This document shows positions 12,659 to 23,819 of a stretch of 64,000 nt of DNA, one piece after another. Location: NCBI RefSeq assembly GCF_018350175.1, contig NC_058368.1, positions 113,028,001 to 113,092,000 on the forward strand, written 5' to 3'. The stretch is from Felis catus (Eukaryota). The number at the start of each line of letters is the position of its first letter. Position 1 is the stretch's first letter. The notes beneath the pieces were generated by a model that was not told where the DNA came from, did no database searches, and saw nothing but the letters and a program-made list of their open reading frames with translations. The translations under genes and the position numbers were made by a program.

Positions 12659-13296
12659 GTAAGAGGTTAGTCCTTACCCTAGAGTTGAATAATGAAGTCA
12701 CTTGTTGTTCAGGTTAGCAGTGGGAGCAGGAACCTCCACCCTTCCACAAATCCAACACTCCCTTGAGCTTACCCTCGTGTCTGTGACGTGGCCCAGAGAA
12801 TAGGACTGAATGCCACCTCTATGCCTGCTGAGCCCAAGCTGGTTGCTCTTCTTCCCCAGTCTGCTTTGGGCAATGGTAACCACCTGTACTCTTTGGTTGT
12901 AAGGGCTCTCACAACCCAAACAAAAGACTGACCTGCCCCTGCTTTTGAGAAATAAGTCCATGATACTACATCCCCTTGAGCATAAGCTATTTCCAAAGGA
13001 CCCTGGGAGAGCTGTACAGTGAATGAAGGGTCTCAGGTGTCCACTTAGTCAACAGTCTGCCTCCCATTACCCCAGCATGCCCACCAAGGCGGATCCCTTC
13101 CCAAGGGACTTCATGGTTCAGCATTTCCTATGCCATTCTGGACCCCATCATGACATGGGCTCTCTGTCTTAGGCTCAGCAGACTCAGTGTTAATAATGTA
13201 CTGGTAGACAGTAATGGCTTGCATGACCTAGGGTTGCTTCTGATATTAACACAAGCATTCTAGAGACAGTGTCTGAGTCCCAAGGAGTCTTGATGC

Positions 13297-13508
13297 TTTT
13301 TTTTTAATGTTTATTTATTTTTGAGACAGAGAGAGACACAGCATGAGCACGGAAGGGGCAGAGAGAGAGCGAGACACAGAATGTGAAGCAGGCTCCAGGC
13401 TCTGAGCTGTCAGCACAGAGCCTGACGCAGGGCTCGAACTCACAAGCTGTGAGATCATGACCTGAGCTGAAGTCGGACGCTTAACTGACTGAGCCACCCA
13501 GGCGCCCC
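13297..13508 (-). mobile_element. Can-SINE (feliform)
   Basis: Antisense full body. TSD TTGATGCTTTTT on both sides. Confidence 0.96.
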
Positions 13509-13629
13509 TTGATGCTTTTTATATAACCCCCTCTGAACTCTAGCCTGTGTGCCTTACCATGCCAGGGGAATTTTCCTAAAACCCAGAATGGGTCACATCA
13601 CTTGGTTGATTCTAGTCCTCTGTTACCCA

Positions 13630-14055
13630 TACCCTTATTCATTCAGAAATTATACACCGAATTTCTACTGTTTTGGGCATTGGGCATACAGGAATGAATG
13701 AGACATATTTCCTACCCTCTAGAAAACCACTGTTTGGCAGAAGCAGGTAGAATTTCAGGTAGATAAATGTCACAAAGGGTTCTAAGTGTTTTGATGATAG
13801 TGATTATGGGATTTGGCAGAGTCCCAAAGGAAGGAGATGTCACTTTTTCCTGGGAAAGAAGAGGATGTCAAGGAAAGGGACCCTGAGCAAGGTTTTGAAA
13901 TGAGAGAGTCAAGACATTTCTGGGAGAAGAAGCAACCTTGAGCAAAGACATGAAGCAGTGTAGACATGCTCGCCCCATTCTACTTACAAGGAAGCTCAGT
14001 CTTAGAGTTAAAGCTTGCCTATGACCATACTGCTCATATTGCTGGTAAGAGCTTT
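13630..14055 (-). mobile_element. L2 fragment followed by MIR fragment
   Basis: GGGCATACAGGAATGAATGAGACATATTTCCTACCCTCTAG is L2-like. CCCCATTCTACTTACAAGGAAGCTCAG..CTTGCCTATGACCATAC is MIR-like. Confidence 0.45.
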
Positions 14056-14372
14056 TATGAGGTTATTCTAGAAGCTGGGAATACAGCAGGAAATGTGTAA
14101 GTGCAGGGGTCTCTCCACTACTGAACACTGCAACTGATCTTTTCAAATTAACAACTCTATCAAGCATTCCTACTATGCAGGGGAAAAGAACTGAGTTATA
14201 TAATGCCCTCAAAATGAATTTGTTATTTGGAAAGGAGGCTGTATATAGACACAAATCGTTATGTCAGCCTTTCAATTTTGTCATGCTGGCTGGAAAAAGA
14301 CAGAGATCATTATTCTTTTATTTGTTTTGTCTTCCTGATGACAAAGTGCAAGCATTGTAACAAAACCAGTCT

Positions 14373-14385
14373 TGCTGACTTAGCA
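14373..14385. promoter_or_regulatory. Near-palindromic MARE/ARE motif TGCTGACTTAGCA
   Basis: One mismatch to T-MARE TGCTGACTCAGCA. Contains the ARE core TGACnnnGC. Motif match only. Confidence 0.35.
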
Positions 14386-14559
14386 CTTGACCAAAATTTT
14401 GATTTATAGGTTCTTGTGAACAGCATAAAATGAGCTCTGACCCGAAGGCGTTTGGGGGCTGTTCTATTTGTACTCAGACTTAGGCCATATTACATGAGTT
14501 GTCATTCTGAGAAAGGTCAGTCTTTGCAGTTAAGCTATTGGGTCTGCCATGTAGATTCT

Positions 14560-16430
14560 GTTGTCCTGTTTCCTGAAGGGGGACCCCTGAAACCATAAAT
14601 GAGAATCAATACTCAATCTACTTTTATGCCAGGAAGCTTTTCACATAGATGCCTGAACATCTATCTCTGGCTATTGGAGGAAAAAGCAATCATTAGATCC
14701 AGGTAGATAATGTCACCATCCCCCACATGACACTCATGTGTTAAGCAAAGGGGAATCTCAAGTCCTTACATTTCCCTAGGCCCTCCTGGGCTGGGCCAAT
14801 GGTATCCAGGATTGGTGGTGTCCTGGACCATAGGACCAAGAACTTGAGCATCTCTTCCCTTGGATGGGAGAGAGGACAGGAGCCCGGGAACAAATTTTGC
14901 TCACTGAGGTCCACCCAGAGATCCCGTTCCCAGCCCACTCCCCCGGGTAACCAACAAGACCTCTGGAAACTTTACCTGGCCCTATGAGGGAAAATTTTAT
15001 GTCCCCAATTCCAAAAATACCTGCATATAAAATGTAGGGACTCAAGAGTAGGTTCTATTAGATTTTTTCAGTGCCAGGGGATCCAGGAATGCTACATACT
15101 CGTAATACATCACTCTCCATATAAATCCCCTTGAGAAATCATGTACAGGACAAAGATAAAAGACTTACCGTAGTGTAGCTTGGCCTTTGACTCTAAAGTC
15201 CAGTACAGAGAATGCCAGTAAACCAGACTGGGCCACGGGTAGCACTCTTTTCTCCCACACTGCTTGAGCCCATGCCAACCCTGGGCCGGGGCGGATGTCA
15301 CTACTCAATCACAGTATTCTACTGTTGATCTCAGATCTAGCCTCTGACTTTGAGGATAAAGTTTAGAGAAGCAACTCCTAATTGATAAAATTAATACAAA
15401 GATTAAGCCTGTTTGCCATCTTTGGCCCAGAGAATGGGTGACCCTCGCTTTGTACTGTCCTTGTCTTGCTGCTCTCGGCTGGACTGTGTCCCCATAGATT
15501 TCACACTATGGACAAAGATAGCATATACTTGGATTTGGATCGCCGAAGCTCTGCCACGTATCTCCTCTCCTTCCTTCCTCTTTACTTAACTCCCACCAAC
15601 CAAGCGATGAGAGAGCATTGCATTCTCGTGGTCTTCCATTTGCATTTTTCCTCACTCTGGTTTGAATTCTGCCTTTCTGCTTGGGTTATCTTTTGTTTAC
15701 CCTCTCCCTGACCAGCTCATATTTGCTAATGGTTTTCTTAAAAATCAAGTCTTGGAAAGGTTAAACAGAGAGTAATTTAAACCTTCTCTCCCGTTGTTAA
15801 TAACTCAGATGTACTACTGGATCTCTGACTCTGGTGTCTCTTAATTGATAACTGAAAATGCTGTTACCCACTGTTGCAGGGATATGTTATGTCCCAATAT
15901 CTCATGATGTCTCTGAGGCTCTTATTAAATAACATTCCTCTCAGTGAAGCCTCAAACCTCCTTTCCCCCTTCAGAAAATTTCCCTTTCCTGCTTGACTGT
16001 ATCTCCCCTTGGATTCCCAGATTGGGTCTTGAATCCCCATTAATTGCCCTTGAAGGAAGTTAAGGGAGGATACCAGTGAATGGGCTCTCAGAAATCGACT
16101 AATAATTTCTGCTTCCTTTAGAGGATGGAATTCAAATCCATTTTTCTCTCAAACTCCGTTGATTGCCCTCTGAGGGGGTATTAATCTGGTCAGATTTCAG
16201 GGACCCATTTTCCAGCAGGTGACAAGTCTCAAGGGCATACACAAGCCCTAGTGGACAGGCAGATTCTCTCTTTGATTCCCTCCACCGTGTAGTTGGTGGG
16301 TGTCTTTATTATACAATAATAATAAGATTCAAGACTTGGGTGCTAGGGGAGTAGACAGTGGGGGGTAGTCAGACTGCTGCTCTGTGTCATCTTTTGTCTA
16401 AAACTACTTAGGCTCAACTAAGTCATTGCA
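14560..16430 (-). pseudogene. Highly decayed LTR-retroelement internal remnant (gag/protease/RT-like motifs)
   Basis: Manual minus-strand translation gives CYLC..GH-x4 (~15470-15525), LGRDLW with a 1-nt slip (~14915-14937), PPIL..P..DLR (~14756-14818) and YLDLMIAF..YGFRGPP (~14578-14705), in retroviral order with stops and frameshifts. The upper boundary is uncertain. Confidence 0.4.
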
Positions 16431-16721
16431 AATGTTCTGGGACAATAGATATCCTGAATATCCCTTATCAGGACTCTTAAATTAACTCTTCACAAGTCTC
16501 TAATCCTCCAGCCTGGCCTTCTTCTGATCCATGCTGTATGCTGAAACCATAGTGATTTTAAGAAATGTACGTCTGCTCGTATTTCTGCTCTTGGAAAGGG
16601 AAACACATCCAGAGCTCTGGGAGAGAGGGCCCAGAGAAGTGATCTTGCTTTGGGAAGAAAAACCTAGGTACCCACAAACCATGACTTATTGGAGAATTCA
16701 CATTCTGATAAAGAACCACAT

Positions 16722-16930
16722 GGGGGCACCTGGGGGGCTCAGTCGGTTGAGTGTCCGACTTCAGCTCGGGTCATGGTCTCATGGTTTATGAGTTCAAGCC
16801 CTGCGTCGGGCTCTGTGCTGACAGCTCAGAGCCTGGAGCCTGCTTTAGATTCTGTGTCTCCCTCTCTCTGTTCCTCCCATGCTCATGTTCTGTCTCTCAA
16901 TAATAAAACATTTAAAAAAAATTTTTTTAA
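16722..16930 (+). mobile_element. Can-SINE (feliform)
   Basis: Full body. Imperfect TSD containing CCACATG. Confidence 0.95.
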
Positions 16931-17988
16931 AGCCACATGTACTTCAACATCCCCAGTAGGGAGGTGGTGGGGAAGGGAGGCTACGATGGTGAGAAGAAAA
17001 ATAAAAGGAACTAGTGAACAGTTTTTTAAAGTAAAGATTTAAGGGTTTGGCACAATAGATCAATGCTGTTGAGACGCCACGTTCTGAATCATTTAGTAAG
17101 TGCATATGTGGCTTCCTCCTAAGCGGAGAATTCCGGGTCCGATTTTGGACAGCATCATGGCACTCTGTGCACCAGCAGGGAAGACTGGTTTGTTCTCAGC
17201 TCTGGGTGAGGCCAAAAGCACGACCTGGAGGGTACAGGCTGCCCCACGTCCCCTTCCAGGACTCTGGGCATAATGAGGAAGCAACTCGGAAGTCCCCAGG
17301 TGGGAAGAAGCTTCCACTCTTTAGCAGTCCAGTTAGAGGCAGTCACAGCCACCGTCAGCACTGAGGCAGAAAAGCCCCGTGCCAGGGATAGAGGGCAGGT
17401 TCGGGGGAGCAGGGTAGGACTGAATGTCAGGCTCAGGAGTATGAAATGAGGCCAAGCCGGGGCATGGAGGAGGGAGGGGTCTGGAGTCCGAGGCTAGGTC
17501 AGCTCCACAAGAGACGTCTAATCTGAGCAGCGTGAGAAAATTGGAATTTGGGTTCAGATTCAAGGGCACACAGAGCTCGTTGGGCAGTCAGGGCCAGCTT
17601 TCAGGACAGATCCTTGGCCAGCTAGGAGAAAAATCACTTCTAGGGGATAAGAGGCCAGAGGCCAAAGCCATCTTCAGTCTCTGTCTCTTCTTCTGAGAAT
17701 TTCTCCCTCCTCTGGGCTTAAAGCCACAGACATTGAAAGCCAGTGTCTGCTGCAGGTGGAGATGCCGGCCCCATAACGCGATCAAGAACATCACCATTGT
17801 GTGAGGACCCTGGGAGGGGTCTACCTGTCCACGGGGGACATGCATTCATTACCTGGTTGTGCAGGGGTAAACTGAGCACCACAGCCCTTCTTTAGGTCAA
17901 AGGTACCTGCATTAGCAAGGGCCTTTTATTTCACAAACATTTGAAGTTTTCTGTCATGAATTTTGAAGCTAAATTTGAAAACCACAGA

Positions 17989-18218
17989 GGGGCGCCTGGG
18001 TGGCTCAGCCGGTTGAGCGTCCAACTGCAGCTCAGGTCATGATCTTGCGGTCTGTGAGTTCGAGCCCCGCGTCGGGCTCTGTGCTGACAGCTCAGAGCCT
18101 GGAGCCTGCTTCGGATTCTGTGTCTCCCTCTCTCTCTGCCCCTCCCGTGCTCATGCTCTGTCTCTCTCTGTCTCAGAAACAAATAAACATTAAAAAAATT
18201 ATAAAAAAAAAAAAAAAA
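17989..18218 (+). mobile_element. Can-SINE (feliform)
   Basis: Full body with long A tail. TSD GAAAACCACA at 17977-17986 and 18219-18228. Confidence 0.96.
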
Positions 18219-18389
18219 GAAAACCACAAACAGGACCAATATCTAGGTAGCTTTGTAGGTGAAAAGAAGGGGCCCTGTCCAGCCCCTTCTACAGGAATTT
18301 ACTGAGCTCCTCTCTGCCAGCACCACCTTCCCCCACACAGCATACACTCTGAGACAGGCTTCCCAAACATTCTAGCATTCTCCTGCCAG

Positions 18390-18910
18390 TCTCCCCCTGT
18401 CCAAACACCTGTAGGGCTGGCTGACTTTTTTTTTTTTTTTTTTTTTTTTTTTGCTCATTTTGATGTTAAGGAAAAAAAAAGCCATAAAATGGGATTTTCA
18501 AGGGTCCAAACAGCCAGCAGAAAGGCAGGATACCATCTTCAGGACAAGGAATGCCAGATAATAATAGTGGTTTTTTTGTTGTTGTTGTTTTTTAATTTTT
18601 TTTTTCAACGTTTATTTATTTTTGGGACAGAGAGAGACAGAGCATGAACAGGGGAGGGGCAGAGAGAGAGGGAGACACAGAATCGGAAACAGGCTCCAGG
18701 CTCTGAACCATCAGCCCAGAGCCTGACACGGAACTCGAACTCACGGACCGCGAGATCGTGACCTGGCTGAAGTCGGACGCTTAACCGACTGCGCCACCCA
18801 GGCGCCCCAATAATAGTGTTTATGTTATGATTTTCCCCTCTCTCCATGATGTCTCTTTGCTCCTAGAGAAATTTCGTACAATTCTCCCATTTTATGTGAT
18901 ATGTGATGCA
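18390..18910 (+). repeat. Left arm of long inverted repeat (interrupted by SINE 18570-18808)
   Basis: Aligns by eye to the reverse complement of 20040-20290. Core 18484-18539 matches 20155-20210 at 53/56. Confidence 0.9.
18570..18808 (-). mobile_element. Can-SINE, young SINEC_Fc type
   Basis: Antisense full body. TSD AATAATAGTG on both sides. Confidence 0.97.
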
Positions 18911-19750
18911 CCAGGAAAGAGAGGTGGGCAGTCTAGCTTCCTACTGAGTGATCTGCCTCATCCTCTTCATCGTGATGCCTCAGTTTACAATGTCTAGACT
19001 TGACCTTGAACATCAGAGAAGGGATTCTCTTATCAGCTGGTGCTTACAGCCTAACCTGGGAAGCATCAGACGTATAGGAAATCCCCCATCTGTGATGCTG
19101 GAACTGGCACGGGTATTTGTTAAGGAATAAGTCTCTCTTCATTTTGCACAAGCATTTCCTCTCCCTGAAATATCAGTTCCTAGCCCTGTGCCCTCGTCAG
19201 CTGCGAGGACTGCCGTGAGGGTGAGCCCCAGATGCCACCCAGCCCTGCTTCCCTCCACAGTCTGCTTTTGGGGCCCTCCTCTGTCCAGGGATGCCTCCTG
19301 CAACCACACGGCAGTCATCCTTTGCTGGGAGGCAGCTGTGACACTGGGAAGAACACACAGGTTTTTGGCAACAGAATCACTCAGAAGCAAATCCTACCAC
19401 TGACGTGTGCGGCTTTAGACACAAGACCCTTATCACTTAACGCATTGTTTTGTTGGAAAGATGAGATGGGGTGCAAAAAGAGAACGCCCCTATAAATTTG
19501 GAGACCATGAATATGAGCAAAGGTAGGTTTGAGGAGAAAACGAAGCAACCAGACAAGGTCACCGGCAGTCTCTTTTCTTCCTCCTGCTCTCCACAAGCCC
19601 TCTCTGGGCCAGAAGCAGAGCTAACTGCTCTAAGTGTAGCAGTCAACAAGAAAAACATGCCCTTTCCCTTGAAGAGCTTAGACTTGGACCATGCCCTTCA
19701 AAGTATACTGCACCCTGACACATGGTAGGCCCTCAAAAATGGCAGTTACT

Positions 19751-19967
19751 GGGGCGCCTGGGTGGCGCAGTCGGTTAAGCGTCCGACTTCAGCCAGGTCA
19801 CGATCTCGCGGTCCGTGAGTTCGAACCTCGCGTCGGGCTCTGGGCTGATGGCTCAGAGCCTGGAGCCTGTTTCCGATTCTGTGTCTCCCTCTCTCTCTGC
19901 CCCTCGCCCCTTCATGCTGTCTCTCTCTGTCCCAAAAATAAATAAACGTTGAAAAAAAAATTAAAAA
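19751..19967 (+). mobile_element. Can-SINE, young SINEC_Fc type
   Basis: Full body. TSD AAAAATGGCAGTTACT on both sides. Confidence 0.97.
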
Positions 19968-20039
19968 AAAAATGGCAGTTACTGTCCATTTAACTATTCA
20001 GGGCCCTAAAGACATATTGTACTCTTTTAGCTTTGTGTA

Positions 20040-20290
20040 ATGAATTACATAGCATTTAAACTGGGAGAATTGCATGAAAGTTCTCTAGGAGCAGAGACAT
20101 CCTGGCGAGAGAAAAATCATAAACACTGTTCTTATCAGGCATTCCTTTGTCATAAAGATGGTATCTTGCCTTTCTGCTGGCTGTTCGGACTCTTGAAAAT
20201 CCCATTTTATGCTTTTTTTTTTTTTTTCTTAACTTCAAAACGAGTAAAAAAGAGTCCGCCAGCCCTGCTGGTCTTTGGAGAGTGGGAGAT
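20040..20290 (-). repeat. Right arm of long inverted repeat
   Basis: Reverse complement of 18390-18910 once the SINE is removed. Confidence 0.9.
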
Positions 20291-20498
20291 TCTTTTCCAT
20301 ACGTTTCACTTACTCTCATTTGTTTCTCTGCAGGCAAGGAGAGAGCAAGAACCAGTGTGCTTTCCTCTATAATTATTACAATGTTTCCAGTAAGTTCAAC
20401 AAAATGCTCATTATTTAACTAACTACTGGGAGCGAAACTCAGCTTCCAGGTGGGAGTCCTCAGACCAGCATCCAGAGGCAAGAGTAGAATCACCTCTT

Positions 20499-20720
20499 GT
20501 GTAGTTCCTGGGTGGCTCAGTCAGTTAAGCCTCTGACTTTGGCTCAGGCCATGATTCATGGTTCCGTTTGTGAGCTCGAGCCCTGCATCAGGCTGTGTGC
20601 TGACAGCTCAGAACCTGGAACCTGCTTCAGATTCTGTGTCTCCCTCTCTCTTTGTTCCTCCCTTGCTCATTCTCTCTCTGTGTCTCAAAAAGAAATAAAC
20701 ATTTAAAAAAAAGAGAGAGA
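20499..20720 (+). mobile_element. Can-SINE, diverged
   Basis: CCTGGGTGGCTCAGTCAGTTAAGC head and A tail. CACCTCTT is repeated on both sides. Confidence 0.93.
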
Positions 20721-21707
20721 AGAAAAGCACCTCTTACACTTGAAGCTCTGGGTACAGAGAGACAAGAGAAAAAGAAAAAAGGTCCTTGCCCTGCTATAGG
20801 CGGCTGGCTCTGAGCCAGGAGGGAATCCAGCGGGGTGATCCAGGCAAACTCACATAAACAGGCCACCACCAGTGGCGAAGGGAACACAGATGCAGAGAGA
20901 AATGTAGTTCTGCCAGCTCTCACTAACATCTTATGTTTACCTTCCTCCATTTTTCTACTACGAGAAACAACCAGATGAAGGTACGCAGGGGAAAAAAAGC
21001 AAATGAGCCCACAAAATGTATTGGTTACTTGGCGTGGCAGGATGGAGGTGATTTTAACAGCAGGTAGAAATAAGCTCTTGTAGTAAATTAATTCCACTGG
21101 AGTAACCAAGTATTGTGCAGTGAGACAGGCTGCCCTGGGAAACTCTCGGTTCCTTGGAAGCTGTGCTGAATCCCAGCTTGATGGGATTAAAATAGGGGAA
21201 TCTCCTTCCTGGGAGAATGAGCCAGCAAAACCAAATAAAATTGCAAATTCTCAAAATGGATTTTCTTTCCTTTTCTGGTTCAGGACAAAGCTTATTAAAT
21301 GAGTAGGATCAACTAACTGTGTTTCTAAAATAAGAAAGCTGGTATCTCTGACAATGAGGTGAGTGAGACCCCAGGCCCTTGCTGTTGAAAGGAAGCTTTT
21401 ATAGCTCTGAGGTCACACAACCCCAGCCAAGCCCCTCCTCATCTATTTGCTCACAGATGCAGCAAACCCATGCCAGATTCACTGCTGTGTTCCGACCATC
21501 AGAAATGTGATCTTGGGGTGCCTGGGTGACTCAGTCAGTTAAGCATCCAACTTTGGCTCAGGTCATGATCTCATGGATCGTGAGTTCAAGTCCCGAGTTG
21601 GGCTCTGTGCTGACAGCTCACAGCCTGGAGCCTGCTTCAGGTTCTGTGTCTTCATCTGTCTCTGCCCCTCCCCCGCTCACTCTCTCTTTCTCAAAAATGA
21701 ATAAACA

Positions 21708-21929
21708 GGGGTGCCTAGGTGGCGCAGTTGGTTAAGCGTCCGACTTCAGCCAGGTCACGATCTCGCGGTCCGTGAGTTCGAGCCCTGTGTCAGGCTCTGG
21801 GCTGATGGCTCAGAGCCTGGAGCCTGTTTCGGATTCTGTGTCTCCCTCTCTTTCTGCCCCTCGCCCGTTCATGCTCTGTCTCTCTCTGTCCCAAAAATAA
21901 ATAAACGTTGAAAAAAAAATTTTTTTTTT
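21708..21929 (+). mobile_element. Can-SINE, young SINEC_Fc type, nested
   Basis: TSD AAATGAATAAACA at 21695-21707 and 21930-21942. Confidence 0.96.
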
Positions 21930-21958
21930 AAATGAATAAACATCAGAAAAAAATTATA

Positions 21959-22186
21959 GGAGCGCCTGGGTGGCTCAGTCGGTTAAGCGCCCGACTTCGG
22001 CTCAGGTCATGATCTCACAGTTTGTGGGTTCAAGCCCCACGTCGGTCTCTGTGCTGACAGCTTGGAGCCTGGAGCCTGCTTTGGATTCTGTGTCTCCCTC
22101 TCTCTCTCTCTGACCCTCCCCCGCTCACACTCTGTCTCTCTCTCTCTCTCTCTCTCAAAAATAAACAGTAAAGAAACATTTTTTTT
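21959..22186 (+). mobile_element. Can-SINE, nested
   Basis: Full body. Short TSD AATTATA at 21952-21958 and 22187-22193. Confidence 0.95.
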
Positions 22187-23377
22187 AATTATAAAAAAAA
22201 ATAAAAAGAAAGGTGATCTTAAGGAAAGTCTAGAAGCCCAAATAGGGAAAACCTCAGAGGGTTTCTGGCTTAAATTTGTTTCTCTTGTTTATGAATCTCA
22301 CCCATGTGGACATGTACATCACACAACTTATTTCAGTTTTGTCATACGTGGTAGACAACAGCTGTGAACACAAGCTAGACCAACCAGGTGGCCTGTGTGT
22401 CCGAGTGGCCCAGGGCTGGGGGAGAGGCCCACGTGGCCCCGCTCGAAGCCCTCAGAGGGCTGTTAACAGCTAAATACCCTAATCAACTCACTTTCATCGA
22501 CTTCTCCAACAGGCTGGGGAAAAAAGGCGGGAGAAGTCCTGGCAGCAGCTTTGAATTTGCAATTCAATGTGATATTTCACCACGAGCTTGGTGAAAAGAG
22601 GGCCTGAACCTCTGTTCATAGATTTACAGTCTAACTTTTACTCTGCCATTTTACCTACGTTCATAAACCGCTGATGATTTTCTACTAACCACAGAGACGC
22701 TGGCACTCTCTACCTCCTATTCCGTGCCTGAGCGGGCATAGTAGGAACTGCCCTTAGCCTTCTAATTTGAGCTGAACTTGGCCAACCGGGCGCCCTACTA
22801 GGAGGCGACCAAATTTATAATGTAATTATCACTGCTCATGCATTCGTAAAAATTTTCTTTACGGTAATACCTATCATGATCAGAGGCTTTGGAGACTGAC
22901 TGGTGCCATTAATAATTGGAGCATATAGCATTGGAGATATAGCTTTCCCTCGAATAAATAATATCAGCTTCTGACTTCTTCCCCCATCCTTCCTCCTACA
23001 ACTGGCATCATCGACAGTAGAAGCCGGCCTGCGTCTCCAGCCTCATTCAGCTCATTTTGACTTGATCCTGCTCAGCCTTTTCCCAGCCGCATGCTTTGTT
23101 GCAGCTCTTCTCTCTACTAGAACGTCTTTGTTTCTTCTCCTCCTTGGTGCCACTGAGAAATCCGCACACTTCGCTCAGACCTAGCTGCAGGACCCCTCCC
23201 TCGGGACTCCTGCCTGCGGGCTCTCCCCTTCCTGGCAGCCTGCCTGGCCGGATACCCTCCCCAGGGCCTCCCTCTGCACCTGGCGTGGCACTCTTTTTGC
23301 AGGCAAGGCCTTAGTTTGAGGGTTTGACGGTAGTTGGTTTACCTTTTCCGTGGACTCCTGAGCTCAGAGCTGCTCAA

Positions 23378-23410
23378 GGGGGTGGGGGCGGGGGCGGGGG
23401 CGGGGGGGGG
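23378..23410 (+). other. G-run tract (GGGGGC)n, potential G-quadruplex or GC-box cluster
   Basis: GGGGGTGGGGGCGGGGGCGGGGGCGGGGGGGGG, five G tracts of at least 5 G with 1-nt loops. Confidence 0.7.
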
Positions 23411-23819
23411 AGCTATGTTAATGCTTATTTGAGTCTCCCACACCTAGAAAGTGCCTGCCCTGCTCTAAGTCAGCAGCTGAGGGTGGGAGGAAGGAAGGGG
23501 AAGAGAGGGCTGGAGGAATGGAAGGAGCGCCTGGATAGAATGAAACAGTCGCCTGAGAAGACTTGGGCTGGAGAAGGAAGGAGGCCGCCTCGAGCCGTGT
23601 AGGATGCCCCCGCTGTTACAGAAAGGCTAGGACGGACACGGAAGTAGAGTAAGTTGTGAAGCATCACAAAGGAAATGGAGATTCTGCCTTGTTTGCAGGG
23701 ATGGTGGCTTGAATGAAGGAGGGAATCCTGAGATCATAGAGGTAGATGGTTTCGGAGGCCCTTTCTTAGGTCTACACTCTACGCATGTCCAGAAGGCCTG
23801 CATAGAAGGCCCAGCTTTG

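Larger units (their letters stand above)
21515..22206 (+). mobile_element. Can-SINE (body 21515-21707) whose tail holds two later SINEs
   Basis: Outer TSD AGAAA(T/G)GTGATCTT at 21501-21514 and 22207-22220. Confidence 0.92.
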
